Positions 58,101 to 64,000 of a stretch of 64,000 nucleotides of DNA are shown here, piece after piece; positions within the stretch are counted from its first letter, which is position 1; each line of letters opens with the position of its first letter. The translations under genes were made by a program, and so were the position numbers. Below the pieces are notes generated by a model. It saw nothing but the letters and a program-made list of their open reading frames with translations. It did not search any database and was not told the DNA's origin. Source of the stretch: Anaeramoeba ignava BMAN (taxonomy: Eukaryota > Protista > Anaeramoebae); contig JAPDFW010000060.1 of NCBI GenBank assembly GCA_028826165.1, positions 186,001 to 250,000 of the forward strand, given 5' to 3'.

Positions 58101-60147
58101 TTATATTTAATCCAAAATTATTTAATTAATATTTAATTGATATTTAATTGATATTTATTATTGAATTATTATTTATTAATTAATATTTAATTATTATTTA
58201 ATTAGTATTTAATTATTATTTAATTGATATTTAATTATTATTTAATTATTATTTAATTATTATTTAATTATTATTTAATTATTATTGAATTATTATTTAA
58301 TTATTATTGAATTGATATTTAATTAATATTTAATTAATATTTAATTATTATTTAATTATTATTTAATTATTATTTAATTAATATTTAATTATTATTTAAT
58401 TAATATTTAATTATTATTTAATTAGTATTTAATTATTATTTAATTTATATTTAATTGGTATTTAATTAATATTTAATTAATATTTAGTTATTATTTAATT
58501 ATTATTCAAATTTGTATATCTTACGCCTTTCATTAGCAAGTTCACCTAAAATGAGGCATTGATCTGCTTGAACTTGTTCATTTTCCTTTTCTTCACTTAA
58601 TCTTTGAATAGAAAGTGTAATTTTCTCTTCATCATCTTTTTTGTGTTTGTGATTTGTTTTTTTGATGATTTTTATTTATTCAAAAAAACAAATCAAAATG
58701 ATAAAAAATTATTTTTTTACTTAAATTATCCAAAGCTGGATGAAAATTTTGTTGCCTATTTATATTGAAATCAGGTATTGTATATGTCGTTTGTTGAAGC
58801 CCTTCTTGATCTTAAAATGAATAAGGAAAATATTTTTTTTTGAAATTTAAATCAAGAAAAGAAAATATTTGAATTCAAGTTGGTTGAAAAAATAATTTTT
58901 TTTTTTGGATTTATGATACAGGTTGAAATGTTTGGATAATTTTGATTATTTTGATAATTTTGATTATTTTGATTATTTTGATTACTTTGATTATTTGGAA
59001 TATTTTGATTATTTGAAATATTTTGATTATTTTGATTATTTTGATTATTTTGATTATTTTGATTATTTTGATTATTTTGATTATTTTGAATATTTTGATT
59101 ATTTTGATTATTGATTTGTTGTTTCCTTTTTTTTTCTTCCTCTTTCTTCCTTTTTATTCTTTCTTGCTTTTTTTTCTCTCTTTTTTCTTTTTTTATTTTA
59201 TTTTGATATCTAGTAATCTGCTTTTCTTTTTCTTTAATTTCATCTTTTTTTTCTTCAATTTCATCTTCTTGGTTTCGATCATTTTGAAATTCTTCTTCGA
59301 TATTTTGATTCAAATTTTGTATTTGGTGATCAAAAGGTAACAATAATTTTTGAGGTGGTGGATGAAATCGATGAGATTTCATCCAATCCAAAAGAAAAAA
59401 AATTTGATTTACAATTTCTGTTTTTGGATCACTTTGAAAATTGACAGTTTGAATATTTATTGATTGAATTGATTTTTGGAATTTTTTTTGATATGTTTTC
59501 ATTAATTTTGAAATTATTAATTTTTTCTTATTAATTCTGCTTGAGGCAATAATCCCAGAGAAATTTAAAAATTGAGCTTCATCCAATTTACTTAATTGAT
59601 TTGATTTTTTTTCTTTTGAAAGAATTTTTGTCACATTTTTTCTTATGAAACTATGACAAAGTTTTATGAGATGATTTGATTTTATCTCTGAAAATATACA
59701 AAACAAATTAAAAATATTTTCCAAATTGATAAACTTTTCAGCCTCTTTTTCAACTTTGATTTTTAACAATTCCAAACCCAAAAAATGTGAAATTTTATAA
59801 ATTTGTTCAAAATTATTCATTTCAATTTTGATTTTTCCTGAATAAAAAAATTTGACAACTTTTTTGACAACTTCATGTTCATAATTTGGAAATTCAATTG
59901 AATCAATTTCTTTTTCTCGATTTTCAAGATAGATTTTAGGACATGAAGCTTGTAATATTAATTTATGACAAGCAACTATTTTTCTATTTTTTCCACAATA
60001 AAAGAAAAAATCTGCTTCTTTTTGAAATTTTTTGAAAATTTGTTTAATATTGTTTAGCACTTCTTTTGATAATTCAAGATCAATTTTTGTTGTATCAAGT
60101 TTGTGGAAATTGGTTTCTTTTTTATTTTTATTGTGATTTTTATTCAT
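55128..60147 (-). CDS. BTB/BACK + armadillo-type repeat protein (11 exons)
   Basis: Exons 60147-58920, 58810-58721, 58635-58525, 58031-57900, 57833-~57708, 57164-57036, 56917-56789, 56695-56564, 56486-56361, 55488-55360, 55267-55128. Introns are phase 1 where resolved. BTB motif ADFFF...CHKLILQASC. ARM motif GGI..II.AM..FP....QENA..A. Confidence 0.82.
55500..56350. repeat. Intronic TTTAATA/TTTGA satellite
   Basis: Direct inspection. Confidence 0.85.
57170..57710. repeat. Intronic (GATTTT/AATTTT)n microsatellite
   Basis: Direct inspection. Confidence 0.85.
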
Positions 60148-60214
60148 AATAAAAAAGGAAAAAAATGAAAAAAAAAAAGGAAAAAAAAATTTTATAAAAA
60201 AATGGAATAAGTTT

Positions 60215-61720
60215 AAATTTCTTTTTAAATTATATTTTTAATTAATTTCTAAATTGAATATTAAATCAAATCTATTCTCATTTTTATATTTCTTTATTAA
60301 ATATTGAAATAAGAAAATATTTAAATTTAAATAAATAAATTATTATTTTAATAATAAATTTCTTTTTAAATTATATTTCTAATTTAAAATTAATTAAATC
60401 AAATATTTATATTTCTTTATTAAATATTGAAATAAGAAAATATTTAAATTTAAATCAATAAATTATTATTTTAATAATAAATTTATTTTTAAATTATATT
60501 TTCAAATTAAATTCTAAATTAAATATTAAATCAAATCTATTCTTATTTTTATCCCATTAAATATTGAAATAAGAAAATATTTAAATTTAAATCAATAAAT
60601 TATTATTTTAATAATAAATTTATTTTTTAAATTATATTTTTAATTTAATTTATAAATTAAATATTAAATCAAATCTATTCTCATTTTTATATTTCTTTAT
60701 TAAATATTGAAATAAGAAAATATTTAAATTTAAATAAATAAAATTATTTTAATAATAAATTTCTTTTTTAAATTAAATATTATTTTTATATTTCTTTATT
60801 AAATATTGAAATTAAAATATTTTTTAAATAAAATTATTTTAATAATAAATTTCTTTTTAAATTATATTTTTAAATTAATTTCTAAATTGAATATTAAATC
60901 AAATCTATTCTCATTGTTTTTATATTTCTTTATTAAATATTGAAATAAGAAAATATTTAAATTTAAATCAATAAATTATTATTTTAATAATAAAATTAAA
61001 TATTTTAAATTATATTTTTAAAATTTAATTTATAAATTAAATATTAAATTAAATCTATTCTCATTTTTATATTTCTTTATTAAATATTGAAATAAGAAAA
61101 TATTTAAATTTAAATAAATAAATTATTTAATAATAAATTGAATTTTCAAATCTATATTTTTAAATCAATTTTATTAAAATTGAAATAAGAAAATATTTAA
61201 ATTTAAATCAATAAATTATTATTTTAATAATAAATTTCTTTTTTAAATATTTTAAAATTAAGGAATATTAAATTAAATCTATTCTCATTTTTATATTTTA
61301 AATATTGAAATAAGAAAATATTTAAATTTAAATAAATAAATTATTATTTTAATAATAAATTTATTTTTAAATTATATTTTTAAATTAATTTCTAAATTAA
61401 ATATTAAATCAAATCTATTCTCATTTTTATATTTATTTATTAAATATTTAAATAAGAAAATATTTAAATCAATAAATTTGAATAAATAAATATTAAATTA
61501 TATTTTTAAAATTAATTTCTAAATTTAAATATTAAATTAAATCTATTCTTATTTTTTATTTCTTTTTATTAAATATTGAAATAAGAAAAATATTTAAATT
61601 TAAATCAATAAATTATTATTTTTTATATTTATTTTTAAATTATATTTATTTAAATAATTAAAAAATATTTTTAAATTTTTAAAATTTAAATCAATAAATT
61701 ATTATTTTAATAATAAAAAA
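60215..61720. repeat. AT-rich tandem repeat, unit ~120-145 bp, ~11 degenerate copies
   Basis: Recurring aaatattgaaataagaaaatatttaaattt and aaatctattctcatttt cores. Confidence 0.85.
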
Positions 61721-61722
61721 AT

Positions 61723-61786
61723 ATTCCTTGATATAATTCACTTCTTATTATTAATATTAATTTAGGAAATTTATATTTCTTTTCTT
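61723..61786 (-). pseudogene. Short relic of an RCC1-BTB family gene
   Basis: Reads EKKYKFPKLILIIRSELYQGI, against EKQYKFPKLILIMRSELYRGM in the gene at ~53485-53550. Confidence 0.7.
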
Positions 61787-62075
61787 ATCTTTTCTGAATT
61801 ATTTTCCAAATTCCTTTTTTTTTTTAAAAATGGCTAAATTAACTTTTTCTTCATTATTATTAAATTAATTATTTATTTATCCTTTTAAAAAAAATAATTG
61901 ATCAAAATTCTTTTCTTTGTTTTAAAAAAAAATAATCATTCTTTTGGAAAAAAATTTTTCTCATCATTTTTTCTTTCTTTCTTTTTTTTTGGAAATTCAT
62001 AAAAATAATAATAACAAAAAAAAAAAGTATTTTTTTTGCATAAGTGAAAGTAAGAAATTCATTTCAGTTTGCACG

Positions 62076-62221
62076 TTATGACTTTTAAACAAGACAATCA
62101 TTTCAATCAAGATTAATTATGCATTTCTTCTAGCAAATGAAAAAAAAATAATTATTTTGAAGGTTATTAGATTAAAAGTGAAATTTGTGGAAAAATTGAT
62201 TGTCTTGGTTAAAAGTCATAA
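62076..62221. other. 25-bp inverted repeat (1 mismatch) with a 96-nt spacer
   Basis: ttatgacttttaaacaagacaatca (62076-62100) pairs with tgattgtcttggttaaaagtcataa (62197-62221). Confidence 0.8.
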
Positions 62222-62358
62222 GTTACAAATTGTTTGTTTGTTTCTAAACTTTTCATATCTTTAAAAAATTTAAAATAATAAAAAAATAGGATTTTTCTAA
62301 TTTTTTGCTTTTTGTTGATATTTTTTAATTGAAAAAAATAGAAATCAAAAAAGAAAAT

Positions 62359-64000
62359 ATGAACAAGTTATTTTTGTTATTGATTTTTATTCAAATAATA
62401 CAAATTCATCAAATTTTAACTGTTGAATCTGGAAATGAATATTATTTCTGGTGTTTAAAAGATGTTTTAAATCCTCCTGATTCTTATGTTTACTTTGGAA
62501 TTTGCGTTGATCGTTATCAAGAATTTATTGCAATAGGAACATATAATTCCAATCAAATATTCATTTACAAATTAAATGAAACTAATTGGGATTTATATCA
62601 AACCTTAAAAGGTGAACAAAGTTCAAGTTTTGGGATAAATTTTGTGTTTTCTGGAAGTTATCTCATTGTTGGCGCTTCTGGTTTTGGTCAAGTATTAATT
62701 TATAAATTTAATGGAAGCTTTTGGAATCTACACCAATTTTTTCAAGGAGAAATTGCTTCTCAATTTGGTTCAAGTATTTCAACTTCTGGGAATATTCTTG
62801 TTATTGGTTCTCCTAATTCAAATCAAGTTTATATTTATCAATTTAATGAAAGTTATTGGAATATCAATCAAGTTTTACATCCAACTCCTCAATCAGAATT
62901 TGGAGCAAGTGTTTCAAATTTCGGAAATATTACTGTGGTAGGTTCACCAGGTTCAGATGAAGTATTGATTTTTTCACTTAATGAAGGTTACTGGAATCTC
63001 AGTCAAATTTTAACTGGAGAACAATATTCAAAATTCGGAATAAATGTTTCTATTACAGATAATTTTATTGGGATTAGTTGTGAAAATAGTACAAATGCAT
63101 ATGTTTATTCATTTGATGGGAATTATTGGAATTTAAATGAAACTTTCAATTCAGATCCTTATGCAATTTATCAAATTAAAATTTCTCAAAATCTTCTTAT
63201 CATTTCATCACGATTTTCTGAACTTGGTGGTTTTTTTGAATATAACGGAACAGATTGGGTGCCTTTCCAACTTTATCGAGAGCCTAATTCATCTTTTTTC
63301 GGGTTAACATTTTCTGTTCATGATGATTCAATCCTTGTTGGTGATTTAGCGACAAATCAAGTTCATATTTTAACATTCAATGGAAGCTATTGGAATTTGA
63401 ATCAATCAATCAATGGAAGCCAAAGAACTGATTTTGGTTGGAATGTCGCAATCTCGGATAATTTTATTGCTGTTGGAGCCGATCAAACATCTGAAGTTTT
63501 TACTTATGGATATAATGGGAGTGACTGGATAATAAACCAAACTTTACAAAATGAGCCTGAGTCATATATGGGATCTCGAAATGTGTTTCTGAATGATACT
63601 CTTGTTATTGGGAATTCGGGAAATTCTAATCAAGTTTTCATCTATCAATTCAATGGAACATATTGGGATCTTTATCAAATTTTATATGAACCAAATATTT
63701 CAAGTTATGGAAATAGTGTTTCAATATCTCAAGGTTTCATTTTTGTGGGAGCCTCTACTGAGAGTAAAGTGTTTATTTATGAATTTAATGGAACATATTG
63801 GGAAATGATTGATTGTTTGGCTCAAAATGGCAATTTTGGTAAATATATCGAGGCATTAGAAGATTACGTTGCTGTTGGAAACCCAGACAATAACAGCATT
63901 TATGTTGAGAAATATAATGGAAGTGATTGGATCGAATATCAAATTTTAAGTCCTGGAAATGGAGCAGGATTTGGGAATAGTATAACCATTTCAACTGATT
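62359..64000 (+). CDS. Secreted/surface FG-GAP (integrin-alpha-like beta-propeller) repeat glycoprotein, partial
   Basis: Signal peptide MNKLFLLLIFIQII. Open to the window end. About 13 repeats of FG.SVS.SG..LVVGAP...V.IY..NG..W.L.Q.L and many NxS/T sequons. Confidence 0.9.
   Translation, partial: MNKLFLLLIFIQIIQIHQILTVESGNEYYFWCLKDVLNPPDSYVYFGICVDRYQEFIAIGTYNSNQIFIYKLNETNWDLYQTLKGEQSSSFGINFVFSGSYLIVGASGFGQVLIYKFNGSFWNLHQFFQGEIASQFGSSISTSGNILVIGSPNSNQVYIYQFNESYWNINQVLHPTPQSEFGASVSNFGNITVVGSPGSDEVLIFSLNEGYWNLSQILTGEQYSKFGINVSITDNFIGISCENSTNAYVYSFDGNYWNLNETFNSDPYAIYQIKISQNLLIISSRFSELGGFFEYNGTDWVPFQLYREPNSSFFGLTFSVHDDSILVGDLATNQVHILTFNGSYWNLNQSINGSQRTDFGWNVAISDNFIAVGADQTSEVFTYGYNGSDWIINQTLQNEPESYMGSRNVFLNDTLVIGNSGNSNQVFIYQFNGTYWDLYQILYEPNISSYGNSVSISQGFIFVGASTESKVFIYEFNGTYWEMIDCLAQNGNFGKYIEALEDYVAVGNPDNNSIYVEKYNGSDWIEYQILSPGNGAGFGNSITISTD

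Noticed and set aside
3162-59340. Many ORFs made of ILIL, FDFD, KIKI, MKMK, SKSK or LEID runs
   Set aside because: They are alternate-frame or antisense readings of hexamer microsatellites and of N/Q/E-rich genes.
1-64000. tRNA, rRNA or transposase/RT genes
   Set aside because: None was recognisable by eye. A covariance-model scan would be needed to exclude small RNAs.

Overview
Extremely AT-rich eukaryotic (protist-like) DNA with the standard genetic code, short GT-AG introns and N/Q/E-rich low-complexity coding. The style recalls Anaeramoeba-type amoebae, but this is inference only. The centre (18.0-50.2 kb) is a head-to-tail array of 38 intronless Rho/Rac-like small GTPase genes. Their 5' halves (P-loop, switch I/II) are hypervariable, their 3' halves are near-identical, and no readable copy keeps the DTAGQ motif. 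About 9.4 kb of the array (11 genes) occurs twice, and the junction zone is full of indels that look like long-read errors. The most striking feature is missed by the ORF track: a 24-exon minus-strand ankyrin-repeat + macrodomain gene (14708-17923), head-to-head with the array. Each of its ankyrin exons is separated from the next by exactly two single-codon (3-nt) microexons, 12 in total, which supply the two variable residues at the beta-hairpin tip (D-x-x-G). Other genes encode a single-pass Cys-rich membrane protein (3' end only), a small secreted two-domain Cys-rich protein, an N/Q-rich protein with a PB1-like end, a large ankyrin protein with two receiver-like domains, an unknown acidic-tailed protein, Bud32/TP53RK, a GT61 glycosyltransferase, an RCC1-BTB protein, a BTB-ARM protein with one symmetric exon per repeat, and a secreted FG-GAP repeat protein running off the right end. 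All gene models were read by eye and need RNA-seq confirmation.
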